A stretch of DNA of 64,000 nt from Actinomycetota bacterium (GTDB lineage Bacteria > Actinomycetota > Geothermincolia > Geothermincolales > RBG-13-55-18). The translations under genes and the position numbers were made by a program. The notes under the pieces are model-generated. The model worked only from the letters and a program-made list of their open reading frames with translations. It had not been told where the DNA came from and did no database searches. Below, piece by piece: positions 8,083-17,623 of this stretch. Location of the stretch: NCBI GenBank assembly GCA_014360655.1, contig JACIXC010000001.1, positions 228,715 to 292,714 on the forward strand, in the 5' to 3' direction. Position 1 is the first letter of the stretch; the number at the start of each line of letters is the position of its first letter.

Positions 8083-10503
8083 CTAGAGGAAGCCGCGCTG
8101 CCGGAAGAGGGCGACCGCCTTGCGCGCTTCGTTTCGTAATATGGGGTCGGGGTCGTCGAGGTAACCGCGCACGAGCTCCGCCGCCTCCGGCCCCCCTATC
8201 TGCCCCAGGGCATAGCAGGCCGCGGCCTTCACCCGTGGATGGGCGGCATGCCTGCGGAGGCTGAAGACCTTCTTGCGCAACAGGTCCATGAGCGGCGCCA
8301 CCGCGCTCTGCGGCCCCAGCCTGGCGAGCGCCAGGCACGCCGCTTCCTCCACACGGGGATGTTCCTCGCCCACGGGCGCCTTGCCCTGCACTATGCCCAG
8401 GAGCGCCTCCACGGAACGGGGGTCGTCGATGGTGCCCAGGCCCCTCACCCCCTCCCGCCGCACGTCCGCCTCCTGGTCGCGCAGGGCGCGCAGGAAATGC
8501 GGCAGCAGCGTCGGGTCCCCCGGCGACATCCTGGCCAGCGTGCGCATGGCGTGTGCCCTCACCCCCGGGATGGGATTGTTTTCCACCGACTTGACCACCT
8601 CCAACGCCGCGTTCCCCCCCATCATCCCCAGCAGGTCCAGGATACGGACGTAAACCTCCTCCCGCAGGTTGGCCTCCAGGGACTCGCGCAGGGCGGCCAG
8701 CATGGGCTCCCCCAGCGAACGCGCGACCTCTGCCAGCTGCGGCGTGACCCTGACCGCCTCCTCTCCCTTGAGGCGGTCCACTATGTCCACGACGGTCAGC
8801 GACTGCTCCAGGAAGGGCAGCACCCTGCCCGCAAGCGAGGCGAGCTCTTCGTCGTCTCCGAAGACGTGTTCGGCGAGCGGCCTCCCCACGTCCCACGCGT
8901 TGAGCGAGGAGAGCGCGGCCGATGCCGCGCGGGCATCCTGCTCGTCGGGCCCCGTGGCCAGCGCGAGCAGGGCTTCGCAGACGTCCCGGAAATCGCCCGT
9001 TCTCCCCTCCAGGAAAAGGTCGCCCGCCAGGCATGCGAGGAGGGACAGCAACCCCGCCTTCACCTCGCCGTTCCCCTCCCTTTTCAGCAACGCAAGCACA
9101 TGGGGGGCCCTGTCCGCTATCTCCGCACGGCGCCCCCTTTTCCTGAAGTCCTGGTGCATCTCCTGCAGGAAACGGCATGCACGGAGGCGAAACTCCGGGC
9201 GGTCGCTTTCGAGGTTGCGGGTGGTGGCGGCGATGATGCGCGCCGCTATCTCCTCCTCGCCCATGTCCAGCAACTTCCCCGCCACCTGGATGACCGCTTC
9301 GTCGTCCAGGCCCTCCAGGACGCGCAGCGAGCCGGAAGCGCGTATGTCGCATATGAGGGCATAGGTCTCCATGTCCTTGCCGGCCTGGGGATGGGTGGCG
9401 GCCAGCCGCGCGAGCAGCCCGGACGCGCGCAGTCTGCCGGTTATCTCCGCGTGGTACGAGGGGTCGGCCTCCATGTAGATGTCGGCGATGATCTCGTTCA
9501 ACACGGCCGCGATATCCCGGAAGTCGCCGGGGTCCATGTCCTCCCTCTCGTCCAGGAGACGGAGGTATTTCTCCACCACCTGGTCGGTCAGCTTGAGCAC
9601 GTTCTCTCCCTCCACCGAGGAGATGATCTCCCGCCTCGTCTGCGGGTCTTTCACCGCCTGCGGCGCCTGCTCGCTGAGCACCTCGACGAGGGTCTCGGGT
9701 TCCAGGGCCGCGAGTATCTCCACCATCTCCTCGTTGAGGTTCCTCTTGAGCTCCTCGTCGGCCAGCTTTTCCACCAGCCCGTACATGCGGTTCACGGTAT
9801 CCCTTATCAGTCGCGCCTTCTCCGGCCCCACCGCGCCCCCCGCGCTCTCGTAACCCATCATCACCGCCTGGAAGGCCGCGTTCACCTTGCGTGGGTCGGA
9901 AAGCAGCTCCGCCACTTCCTCCTGCGGAACCTCCACCGCGGGCACGTTCCCCACCAGGAAACGCACGAACACCTCGTCCCGCAGGAGATCCACGGCCTGG
10001 GCGGCCGGGGAAGCGGACGTCGCGGAGATCTCCTGGTCCTTGCTCAGGGAGACGTAGATCTTCTCGTCCACCTTGACGTGCGTTATCCCCGCCTCGAGCA
10101 GCAACGCTCCCAGGCCCGCCCCCGGGGTACGCTCCGACCTCCTGCGCCCGAATATCTCGAGGAAATCGCGCAGCTCCTCGCCGCTAAGCCCTTCCTCGAA
10201 GGTGATGCTCCTCACCTCCCACATGCCCAGGTCCCTGAGGAAGGCCGCGGTGTTGGGACGCGCCTGGTCCTTTTCCTCGAGGCAGAAATCGTTGATCAGC
10301 AGTTTTCCTTCCAACTCGCAGAAGGTGATGTTTCCCAGATCGCGCAGGATCGTTTCCATTTCCTCCCGTGCCCTCTTTACCGAGTCCTGTACTATCTCAG
10401 AGGTGGGTGGATAAAGATGGTAATTGACCATGGCCGCGTGCAGGGAGCCGAGAACGGCCATGGAGCGAGCGGCGAAATCCTGCGCGCTGGAATCGTCCAT
10501 CAT
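8083..10503 (-). CDS. Large HEAT-repeat domain protein
   Basis: 806 aa with host-like codon usage. C-terminal HEAT/PBS-lyase repeats (VRREGVRGLG, AACLALARLG, AAACYALGQIG). N-terminal LYPP domain of unknown function. Confidence 0.85.
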   Translation of the reverse strand: MMDDSSAQDFAARSMAVLGSLHAAMVNYHLYPPTSEIVQDSVKRAREEMETILRDLGNITFCELEGKLLINDFCLEEKDQARPNTAAFLRDLGMWEVRSITFEEGLSGEELRDFLEIFGRRRSERTPGAGLGALLLEAGITHVKVDEKIYVSLSKDQEISATSASPAAQAVDLLRDEVFVRFLVGNVPAVEVPQEEVAELLSDPRKVNAAFQAVMMGYESAGGAVGPEKARLIRDTVNRMYGLVEKLADEELKRNLNEEMVEILAALEPETLVEVLSEQAPQAVKDPQTRREIISSVEGENVLKLTDQVVEKYLRLLDEREDMDPGDFRDIAAVLNEIIADIYMEADPSYHAEITGRLRASGLLARLAATHPQAGKDMETYALICDIRASGSLRVLEGLDDEAVIQVAGKLLDMGEEEIAARIIAATTRNLESDRPEFRLRACRFLQEMHQDFRKRGRRAEIADRAPHVLALLKREGNGEVKAGLLSLLACLAGDLFLEGRTGDFRDVCEALLALATGPDEQDARAASAALSSLNAWDVGRPLAEHVFGDDEELASLAGRVLPFLEQSLTVVDIVDRLKGEEAVRVTPQLAEVARSLGEPMLAALRESLEANLREEVYVRILDLLGMMGGNAALEVVKSVENNPIPGVRAHAMRTLARMSPGDPTLLPHFLRALRDQEADVRREGVRGLGTIDDPRSVEALLGIVQGKAPVGEEHPRVEEAACLALARLGPQSAVAPLMDLLRKKVFSLRRHAAHPRVKAAACYALGQIGGPEAAELVRGYLDDPDPILRNEARKAVALFRQRGFL

Positions 10504-10732
10504 CGCCCCCGCTTTCCGCCTTCCTGGTTACCGTTAATGCCTTACACCCGCCGCTCTTTCCCGCTTCCTTCCATTTTTCTATAAGCTATATCGGTATCCC
10601 TTCGCCCCCCATTTACGGAAGGCGCCCCGCGAGGGAAGGGTCTCGCCGCGGCGGGCCTCGTCGCGATATAACGGCTTCACCGCTCCGGCCCTTTGGAGTG
10701 GTCGTGGAATCCCGCTGCCCGAGGCGGCCGTT

Positions 10733-11998
10733 TCACGCTCTCGCGTCGCACCCAGCACCTCCACGCGGCGCAACGGAGAGAACCAGCATGGCGACCAGGG
10801 CGAGCCCTGCGCCGACAAGGAAAGCGGGCCGTGCACCCACCGTGTCCCACAGCAGCCCCATGAGCAGCGAGGCCGGGAGCACGGTCACGCTGATCACGAA
10901 GTTGAAGATCCCGTACGCGCTTCCCCTCTGCCGGGTAGGCACCACGTCGGCCACGTATGCCTTGAGGACGCCCTCCGTCAGGTAGTAGAACCCGTAGACC
11001 ACGAAAAGGAGCCATATCCAGCCCGCCCCGGTAAGGAAGGCGAAGCCGCAGTAGGCCAGCACGTAGATGGACCAGCCTGCCACGATCACCCTCTTCCTTC
11101 CCAGGCGGTCGGAGAGGCGGCCGCCGGGTATGGACACGGTGGCCTTGACCACGTGCAGGACCCCCCACAACGCCGGCAGCAGGGCCAGGGGAAAACCGCC
11201 TGCCCGGCGCGCACGCAGCAGGAGAAAGGCGTCGCTCGAGTTTCCCAGGGTGAAGAGGAAGACGGCGGCGAGCAGCCATTTGAACCGCCGGTCGAAGGGC
11301 CTGAGGCTCAACCGCAGGGGAGCCGCCGGTTGCTCTCCCGCGGTCTCCTTTACAAGCTCTCCCGCGGCCTGCCCGTCCGCGCACGCAGGGCTTTCCGCCT
11401 CCCGCACCTGCCAGGCGAGGAGGAGGATGCCCAGGAAGACGGGCAGCATGGCCAGGGCGAAGATGGTGCGATACCCGAGGGAAAAGGCGGTGACGAGGAG
11501 GGAGGCCGCGGCCGCTCCCAGCAGCGCTCCGCTGTGATCCATGGAACGGTGGTAACCGAAGGCCCGCCCCCGCGCCGCCGGATCGCAGGAATCGGCGATG
11601 AGGGCATCGCGCGGAGCGGTCCGCAGCCCCTTGCCCACCCGGTTGCAGAACCAGCCGATGAGCGCCTGCCAGGGCGCGGCGGCCAGGGCCAGCGAACCGC
11701 GGGAGAGCGCAGAAAAAGCGTATCCCCCCGTCACCAGCCCCTTGCGCCGCCTCAAGCGGTCGGACCACCAGCCGGAGAAGAGGTTGAGCAGGCTGGCCAC
11801 GGAATCGGCTAGGCCCTCGACCAGCCCCAGGAACCAGGCCCCCGCGCCGAGGAACTCCGTGAGGAAAGTGGGAAAGAGAGGGTATACCATCTCGCTGGAG
11901 AGGTCGTTACAGAAACTCACCAGGCCGAGGATGAAGACGTTGCGCGAGAACCCCGCGATGTCGCCTCCACTCTCACCGCCACCCGCGCCTCTTCTCAT
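10733..11998 (-). CDS. MFS transporter
   Basis: DLSSEM, MFS motif A (GWWSDRLRRRK; GRLSDRLGRK), RVGKGLRTAPRDALIA, about 12 hydrophobic segments. Confidence 0.93.
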   Translation of the reverse strand: MRRGAGGGESGGDIAGFSRNVFILGLVSFCNDLSSEMVYPLFPTFLTEFLGAGAWFLGLVEGLADSVASLLNLFSGWWSDRLRRRKGLVTGGYAFSALSRGSLALAAAPWQALIGWFCNRVGKGLRTAPRDALIADSCDPAARGRAFGYHRSMDHSGALLGAAAASLLVTAFSLGYRTIFALAMLPVFLGILLLAWQVREAESPACADGQAAGELVKETAGEQPAAPLRLSLRPFDRRFKWLLAAVFLFTLGNSSDAFLLLRARRAGGFPLALLPALWGVLHVVKATVSIPGGRLSDRLGRKRVIVAGWSIYVLAYCGFAFLTGAGWIWLLFVVYGFYYLTEGVLKAYVADVVPTRQRGSAYGIFNFVISVTVLPASLLMGLLWDTVGARPAFLVGAGLALVAMLVLSVAPRGGAGCDARA

Positions 11999-12309
11999 GC
12001 TTCCCGGTCCTCCATGATCTCCCGCACCAGCTCAAGGGCCTGGACCCTGGCCTTCTCCAGCGCTTTTCTTCCCTTCGCCGTAGCCGTGTAATACACGCGG
12101 CGACGACCCCCCTCCACCCCGCTCCAGCTCTTCAGGTAACCATCCCTTTCCAGCTTCCGCAGGGTTGGGTAAAGGGTGCCCGGGCTGATCGAATAACCGT
12201 GCCGGGCAAGCTCGCTTGACATCCCCACTCCGCTGATGCTTCCTCTTGCGGCGTGGTGGAGTATGTGCACCTTCACGAAACCCAGGAACAGATCTCGGTA
12301 CATTTTCAT
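11995..12309 (-). CDS. PadR family transcriptional regulator
   Basis: HILHHA...SPGTLYPTLRKLERDGYL...RRVYYTATAKGR. The stop overlaps the MFS start (ATGA). Confidence 0.92.
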   Translation of the reverse strand: MKMYRDLFLGFVKVHILHHAARGSISGVGMSSELARHGYSISPGTLYPTLRKLERDGYLKSWSGVEGGRRRVYYTATAKGRKALEKARVQALELVREIMEDREA

Positions 12310-12312
12310 ATC

Positions 12313-12342
12313 ATATCTGAATTCGATATCGTGTTCCGATAT
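12313..12342. promoter_or_regulatory. Two overlapping inverted-repeat operators (ATATC[T/G]-N5-CGATAT) upstream of padR
   Basis: ATATCT-gaatt-CGATAT at 12313-12329 and ATATCG-tgttc-CGATAT at 12326-12342, starting 4 nt from the padR start codon. Confidence 0.6.
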
Positions 12343-12494
12343 TAACTCTTGGCCCGATCATCGTCAAGCAACCAGTGTGCACTGAACGTCCACGCTGAGA
12401 AGCGGACGAGCGGCGCACTGCAGGCCAAGACCAAGGATAAACGGGAGCCGCACGCTCGTGCGCGGAAGCTCCTCTCGTGAGGGGAAGGCCGCCC

Positions 12495-13733
12495 TTACGC
12501 TTCGCTTTCCACTTCCCCTTCCCCACCTTCCGCACGGGCACCGAAGGGATCGGGAAAGTCGCTGAAGGTCGACTCGCAGGGGTGGCCGTAGGTGACCAGG
12601 AGCCTGCGGCTGCGCGGCAGCATGATCAGGGAGCAGGTGGTGGCGAAATAAGGCCCGTGCCGGCATATGGTGTTGTCGTCCCCGCGCCCGCTCTCGCCGT
12701 GATCGCTGAAAACACTCCACAGGTCCTTGATGGTCACGGTCTCCAGGGCCGAGAGCAGCTGTACCGCCCTCGCGTAACGCAATTCGCTCGATTCGTGCAC
12801 GCGCACCCCCCTGAGGGCCTGCACGTTGCGGCTGGTGTAGTAGGCGTTGCGCGGCACGTCGTAAGAGATCATCTCCCGGCAGCGGTAGTGGTTGGTGGCC
12901 ACCAGGATGCCCTCCTCCGCCTCGCGCACCCCGCAGAAGTTGGGGGAAAGTTCCACTGCCAGCGTCTTCCCCGTTGCGTCTGCCAGCAGGATCAGGGCGC
13001 CTCCCGACCTCCTCCGCGAGCAGAGCAGTTCCGCCGCCTCCTCCACGTTGGCACAGGTTTCCAGGGCCTCCTGGACCAGCACGGAGACGGGGACGTTGAC
13101 GCTGGGTATATCCGTGCCGTACCCGTGGTTGTAGGAAACGCACAGGCCGTGCTCGTTCATGCCGTCATGGCATCCCGCCATGGTCGCCATGGTCACGTCT
13201 ATGGTGGAATAAGTCTCCGCGGAGCGGCATAGGCGGGTCATGAAATAAGGTTGAAAGGCCGCCGGGTAATCGTAATTCTTGATCACCAGCACCTCGCGCA
13301 ACGCGCTCCTCTCCTCTCCCACCGCCGCCGCGGTGCATGCTCCTATGCGGTAATCGATGCCGGCCATGACGGTCTCCGCCGCCAGGGGCACGTAGAGCAT
13401 GACCTCGTCGATGCCCGATCCCTTGCTTATGCCTTCCATGCGCATCTTCTGCCGGGGGCAGTGATCCGCGAGGTCCCTCTCCATCTCGCGCGCCGCCCTG
13501 TGCGCCCGTATCGAGAGGTAGAGGCGTGCGGGCAGAAGCGCGGGTTTGCCCCGGTTGAAAAACTCGTTCCTGGTAATATTTGCAAAGTAATGGCGGACGG
13601 CCTCCCTCATCTGAAGGCCCTGCTGGTATCCCATCTCGTAATGGTTGCCCTGGAGGTCGAAAAGGCGGACCTGCCTCCGCCCCGGCGCGTCTCCCTCTCC
13701 GTAGGTGCTTCCCAGCTCCAAGGTATCGGGCAT
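12495..13733 (-). CDS. Peptidase C45 family (Ntn-hydrolase, AAT-like)
   Basis: YEMGYQQG, autocleavage site GA|CT, KNYDY, DGMNEHGL, ATNHY and DDNTICRH. SD GAGGTGA. Confidence 0.9.
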   Translation of the reverse strand: MPDTLELGSTYGEGDAPGRRQVRLFDLQGNHYEMGYQQGLQMREAVRHYFANITRNEFFNRGKPALLPARLYLSIRAHRAAREMERDLADHCPRQKMRMEGISKGSGIDEVMLYVPLAAETVMAGIDYRIGACTAAAVGEERSALREVLVIKNYDYPAAFQPYFMTRLCRSAETYSTIDVTMATMAGCHDGMNEHGLCVSYNHGYGTDIPSVNVPVSVLVQEALETCANVEEAAELLCSRRRSGGALILLADATGKTLAVELSPNFCGVREAEEGILVATNHYRCREMISYDVPRNAYYTSRNVQALRGVRVHESSELRYARAVQLLSALETVTIKDLWSVFSDHGESGRGDDNTICRHGPYFATTCSLIMLPRSRRLLVTYGHPCESTFSDFPDPFGARAEGGEGEVESEA

Positions 13734-13962
13734 ACTCACCTCACAAGACACCGTTCCGGGCACCGAGAATATATTAGCTCATAAACCCGGTGTACACGAT
13801 ATTTCTTGAATTCCTTGTTCCCGTGTTCCGCTCACCGGCGCCGAGACCTTACAATATGCATGAGGTGACCCGGGAATGCGCAGTGCCGCATGTAACCGCT
13901 CGCGGCGACGCGCGCCGCGCGCGCACCGTCTGCGGCAGGTCCGCAGGGAGGTGGCGAGGACC

Positions 13963-14907
13963 GTGGAACACGATCTGAGAGAGTCGAGGTTCACGGGATG
14001 CCTGCTGGGATCGGCGGTGGGCGACGCCCTGGGCATGCCCCTGGAAGGTATGCGCGCCACCTCCATCCGGGACCGCGTGGGGAGGGTGCGCGATTTCCTG
14101 GACGCGCCCTGGAGGATGTTGAAGGCCGGGCAGTGGACGGACGACACCAAGATGATGCTCTGCCATGCCCGCAGCATCGTGAGAAAGGGCCGCGTGGACG
14201 CGCCGGACACGGCACGCGAGTTCCTCGCCTGGTTCAAGTCGGGTGACTGGCGGGGCATCGGGGGCTCCACTTACGAGGCCATGCAACGCCTGCTGGCCGG
14301 CGTCCCGCCCGAGGAAAGCGGGGCGAGCGGCGAGATGGCGGCGGGCAACGGCGTGGCCATGCGTATCGCGCCGGTGGGCCTCGCGGATTGCCTCGACCTC
14401 GAGCGGCTGCGCGAGGACGCCCGCGCCGTAGCCGTCATCACCCACAATAACCCGGAGGCGGTGGCGGGGGGCCAGGCCGTGGCCTTCGCGGTGGCCCGCG
14501 CGGCCCGCGGGGACCTGGACCCCGCCACCCTCCTGGAGGAAACCGTACGCTTCATCGGCCCCTGCGCCCTCGCCGAGCGCCTGCGCCTCGCCGGCAGGTT
14601 CCTCACCGAGGAGATGGGGCCGGAGGAGGCGCTGGCCCGGCTGGGAACCAGCGGCTACGTGGTGGAGACGGTGGCCAGCGCCTTCTTCTGCTTCCTGCGC
14701 TCGCCCCGGGATTTCGAGGAGACCGTTTCCCGCGCCGTGGAGGGCGGCCTGGATACGGACACCACCGGCGCGGTGGCGGGGGCGATAAGCGGTGCCTTCA
14801 ACGGCCTGGAGGGCATACCAGGGAGGTGGCGCGAGGGCGTGGAGGCGGCCGCGGAGATAACGGCACTGGCGAGGAAGATCTTCTCCCTCGTGACATCGGA
14901 ACGTTAG
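13963..14907 (+). CDS. ADP-ribosylglycohydrolase family protein (DraG-like)
   Basis: GSAVGDALG, WTDDT, AGNGVAMRIAP, ITH and GLDTDTTGAVAGAISGA. The start codon is approximate. Confidence 0.93.
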   Translation: MEHDLRESRFTGCLLGSAVGDALGMPLEGMRATSIRDRVGRVRDFLDAPWRMLKAGQWTDDTKMMLCHARSIVRKGRVDAPDTAREFLAWFKSGDWRGIGGSTYEAMQRLLAGVPPEESGASGEMAAGNGVAMRIAPVGLADCLDLERLREDARAVAVITHNNPEAVAGGQAVAFAVARAARGDLDPATLLEETVRFIGPCALAERLRLAGRFLTEEMGPEEALARLGTSGYVVETVASAFFCFLRSPRDFEETVSRAVEGGLDTDTTGAVAGAISGAFNGLEGIPGRWREGVEAAAEITALARKIFSLVTSER

Positions 14908-15259
14908 CCCACGCCGCCCACCAGAAATCAAGTCATCGGAAATCCGGTTCAACAGACTTCATTTTCAAGCTCCCTGGCGACATCGCAGTATCGGCCCATA
15001 CCGGCCACGGGCGGAAAACCCCGCGGTCGCCCGCCGCGTCGGGGATGCCGGCCGCCCGCCGCGTGCACGAACATCCGCGCCGCCGCCTCGAAAGCCTGCG
15101 GCCTCGCGAAAACGGCCGGCTCCCGGCAAACGCGCCCCGGCACCGGGGCGAAAGCCGGTTTAAAAAATCCCGCGCCGGAGATAATGATCAATAAGTCCGT
15201 CATTATGGGATGATCGGTCAATGCGTGGCGTGCGAGGAGCGCGAAAGGGGGGAGGGAAG

Positions 15260-15400
15260 ATGGAGAACCCGGAACTGGAATTCCTGCTCTACCTGCTGAA
15301 CCGCTACATCAGGAACAGCGACATAGACCCCGCGAAGCTGTCCGTGGCGGAACTGATGGAGAACATCAACGTCAACCTCACTCCCGTCGGCGGCGGCTAA
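15260..15400 (+). CDS. Small hypothetical protein, 46 aa (not in the ORF track)
   Basis: Translates as MENPELEFLLYLLNRYIRNSDIDPAKLSVAELMENINVNLTPVGGG. Strong SD (GGAGG), strongly GC-ending codons, AT-rich promoter-like patch upstream and a hairpin downstream. Confidence 0.72.
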   Translation: MENPELEFLLYLLNRYIRNSDIDPAKLSVAELMENINVNLTPVGGG

Positions 15401-15456
15401 CGGACAGCGGGGCGAGCCATTCGGCGGACGACCCGCCTCCCCGGGAAGCCGGAGCC

Positions 15457-15475
15457 GCCTCCCGGGGAGGCTTTG
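15457..15475 (+). terminator. Putative intrinsic terminator
   Basis: GCCTCC-CCGG-GGAGGC hairpin followed by TTT, between convergent genes. Confidence 0.45.
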
Positions 15476-15582
15476 ATCGCTTCACGGGCGGGATCGCGGT
15501 CCCGCAGTCGTGACGCGGCAAGGAGCGGGGGCCCGAAGGCGGGGCGGGAGCGGGCGCGACTGGCCACGCGCGGCCCTCGACT

Positions 15583-17376
15583 TCAGGAGGGGTTTTCCAG
15601 GAAATAGCGCCGCGGGTCGAAGATGCGCACGTCGTGCAGCTCTCCCAGGGTGGGCGGTTCCACGCGCCGCAGCTGCGGCGCGGCACGCATCTCCCAGCCG
15701 CAGTCGGCCTGGATGCGCCGCGCCGCCTCCCTGTCGTCGGGGCCCGCGTGGGGGAAATAAGCCGTGAGCACGAGCCGCTCCTCGCCGGGGAGCTTCTCGA
15801 ACACCCCCATGGTGGTGACCACGGTGCGCACCCTCTCGCCGGGAGCGGTGACGTAGGAGACCCTTTCCGGGGTACGCAACCTGTCCTGCGCCACGGTGAC
15901 CAGAACCTCTTCCGCTCCCAGCGCCACGTCGCAGGCGCCCCCCGAACCCACGAGGAAGAGCTTGAGCTCGGGTATCTTGGTGGAGTTCAGGTTGCCGCGG
16001 CTGTCCACCTGCCCCGCCCCCAGCGCCCCGATCGCCCGGCTGCTCTCCGCTCCCACCATCGATCCCAGCACGGTGAGTATGTCGGTGAGCATGGTGCAGG
16101 TGGGGATGTTGCGGAAGTTGAAGATGAAGGGGTCTCCCGGCCGCGGCGTGTACCCGTAGAAGCCCACCTCCGCCATGAGCTCCACCGGGTGGCCTTCCCG
16201 GCGCAGGTCATACCACGCTTTCCAGGCGGCCAGGTTGGAGGCGCCGATGCCGGCCAGTATGGTGCGGTATCCCCTCTCGAGCACCCGTTCCCGCAGGAGA
16301 CGGGCGGCCTCGATGACCATCATCTCCATCGGGCTGTACTCCTCCGTGGCGGGGATGGAGGGGGCCCGCGTCGCGAGCTCCGAGCGCCAGGAGTCGGAGG
16401 CCGACCGGCCCTTCAGGAACCATATCCTCTCGTAACCAAGTTTTTCCAGGTAGGCGTCGTGGTCCTCGACGCCCAGGAGCCATTCCTCCACCCAGGCGCG
16501 CAGGGAAGCGTCGTCCCGGCAGGCCTCTCGCAGCGCGAGCATGAACTCCTCGTCCTCGGCGTAGGCGTCGAACTCCGCGACGCCCAGGTTGCTCGCGCCC
16601 GAGGGATGCACCCCCATGGGAGCGGGGCAGACCGCGCGCACGAGGTAACCGGGTACCTTTACGAAGTGAGAATAGCGGCGCAAGAAGGAGGTGGGCACCA
16701 CCTTCTCCACCGTCACCAGCACTCCCTCCCGGGCGGCGAAGGCGGCGTGAGCGTTCTCGGCATAGGGCGGGGTCAACAGCACGTTTCCCGCGCGGTCGGC
16801 CGCCAGCGCGTGCAGCAGCGTCAGGTCCGGGCGCAGGGCGCGCAACATGCCGAGACGGCTGCCGTCCGGCATCTCCACCACCCTAAAATCATCGGCGTTC
16901 TCCTCCTCCATGGAGCTGCCCGCGAGGGAATGGGTGGGCATCCACTCGACCCCCAGCGCCCCCGCCAGCAGCCGCTGGGGCAGGGTGAGTACCGTCCAGT
17001 TCTCTATCTCCAGCCTGCCCTCCCGGTAGGCTTCCTGGTAGACGCGGTTGGGCCCGGGAAAGGGGTAGGAGTCACCGCAGAAGGCGGTGATGAGCCGGCG
17101 CGCCAGCCCCCCCTGCACGAAGAGGACCATGTTGGCGATGAAGCCGAGGGAGGAAACGGTGAAACGCGGATCCCGGCCCCAGAAACGGCGGCATATCTCG
17201 TAGACCGCCGCATTGGGGCGCATGTAGGCGTGCCCCACGTGCAGGTGCATGCCTGGACGCACGAATCGCGAAACCGCCTCCCGCAGGTCCATCACCTTGT
17301 CGGTGGAGGGTTCCCGCTCCGCCAGCTCGACCTTCTCCTCGACCCTGCGCGCGAACACGCCGAACATCGCCGTCAC
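15583..17376 (-). CDS. Family I CoA-transferase, fused alpha/beta subunits (glutaconate CoA-transferase-like)
   Basis: DKVMDLREAVSRFVRPG, RPDLTLLHALAADRAGNV, GAGQVDSRGNLNST, GSGGACD and VSYVTAPG. Confidence 0.88.
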   Translation of the reverse strand: MTAMFGVFARRVEEKVELAEREPSTDKVMDLREAVSRFVRPGMHLHVGHAYMRPNAAVYEICRRFWGRDPRFTVSSLGFIANMVLFVQGGLARRLITAFCGDSYPFPGPNRVYQEAYREGRLEIENWTVLTLPQRLLAGALGVEWMPTHSLAGSSMEEENADDFRVVEMPDGSRLGMLRALRPDLTLLHALAADRAGNVLLTPPYAENAHAAFAAREGVLVTVEKVVPTSFLRRYSHFVKVPGYLVRAVCPAPMGVHPSGASNLGVAEFDAYAEDEEFMLALREACRDDASLRAWVEEWLLGVEDHDAYLEKLGYERIWFLKGRSASDSWRSELATRAPSIPATEEYSPMEMMVIEAARLLRERVLERGYRTILAGIGASNLAAWKAWYDLRREGHPVELMAEVGFYGYTPRPGDPFIFNFRNIPTCTMLTDILTVLGSMVGAESSRAIGALGAGQVDSRGNLNSTKIPELKLFLVGSGGACDVALGAEEVLVTVAQDRLRTPERVSYVTAPGERVRTVVTTMGVFEKLPGEERLVLTAYFPHAGPDDREAARRIQADCGWEMRAAPQLRRVEPPTLGELHDVRIFDPRRYFLENPS

Positions 17377-17409
17377 CCCTGTCTTTCCTGCCTGCCGGGA
17401 CGGGATTTC

Positions 17410-17424
17410 TGCTATACTATAACA
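17410..17424. promoter_or_regulatory. Overlapping divergent extended -10 elements
   Basis: Plus strand TGCTATACT (17410-17418) and minus strand TGTTATAGT (17424-17416), between the divergent CoA-transferase and FadH-like genes. Confidence 0.5.
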
Positions 17425-17623
17425 CGCCCCGCGGCGGTCAAGGACGAGCTACCGGACGGCCACATGCAGGGGCAGATGCGCGCGAAAGCGGCTCGAGCGG
17501 CGGCTGCCAGGCCGCCCGGCCGCTTCCTGCACGGCGGCGACCCGCCGCGAGGCCGTGCACGGGCGGACGAGCCGCCGCGCGAGGGAGAGGCGAGGGACGG
17601 AGAGGAACGAAGGAGTGAGGACT

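Noticed and set aside
8239..10584. 781-aa plus-strand ORF, and similar long ORFs at 15634-17631 (+), 17438-19078 (-), 46886-48940 (-), 54732-56270 (-) and 58901-60313 (+)
   Set aside because: Antisense shadows of well-supported genes, expected from GC3 bias. They have no recognisable motifs.
15180..15198. Fur box (GATAATGAT...)
   Set aside because: Only the left half matches and there is no inverted right half. It is more simply a -10-like element for the small ORF.
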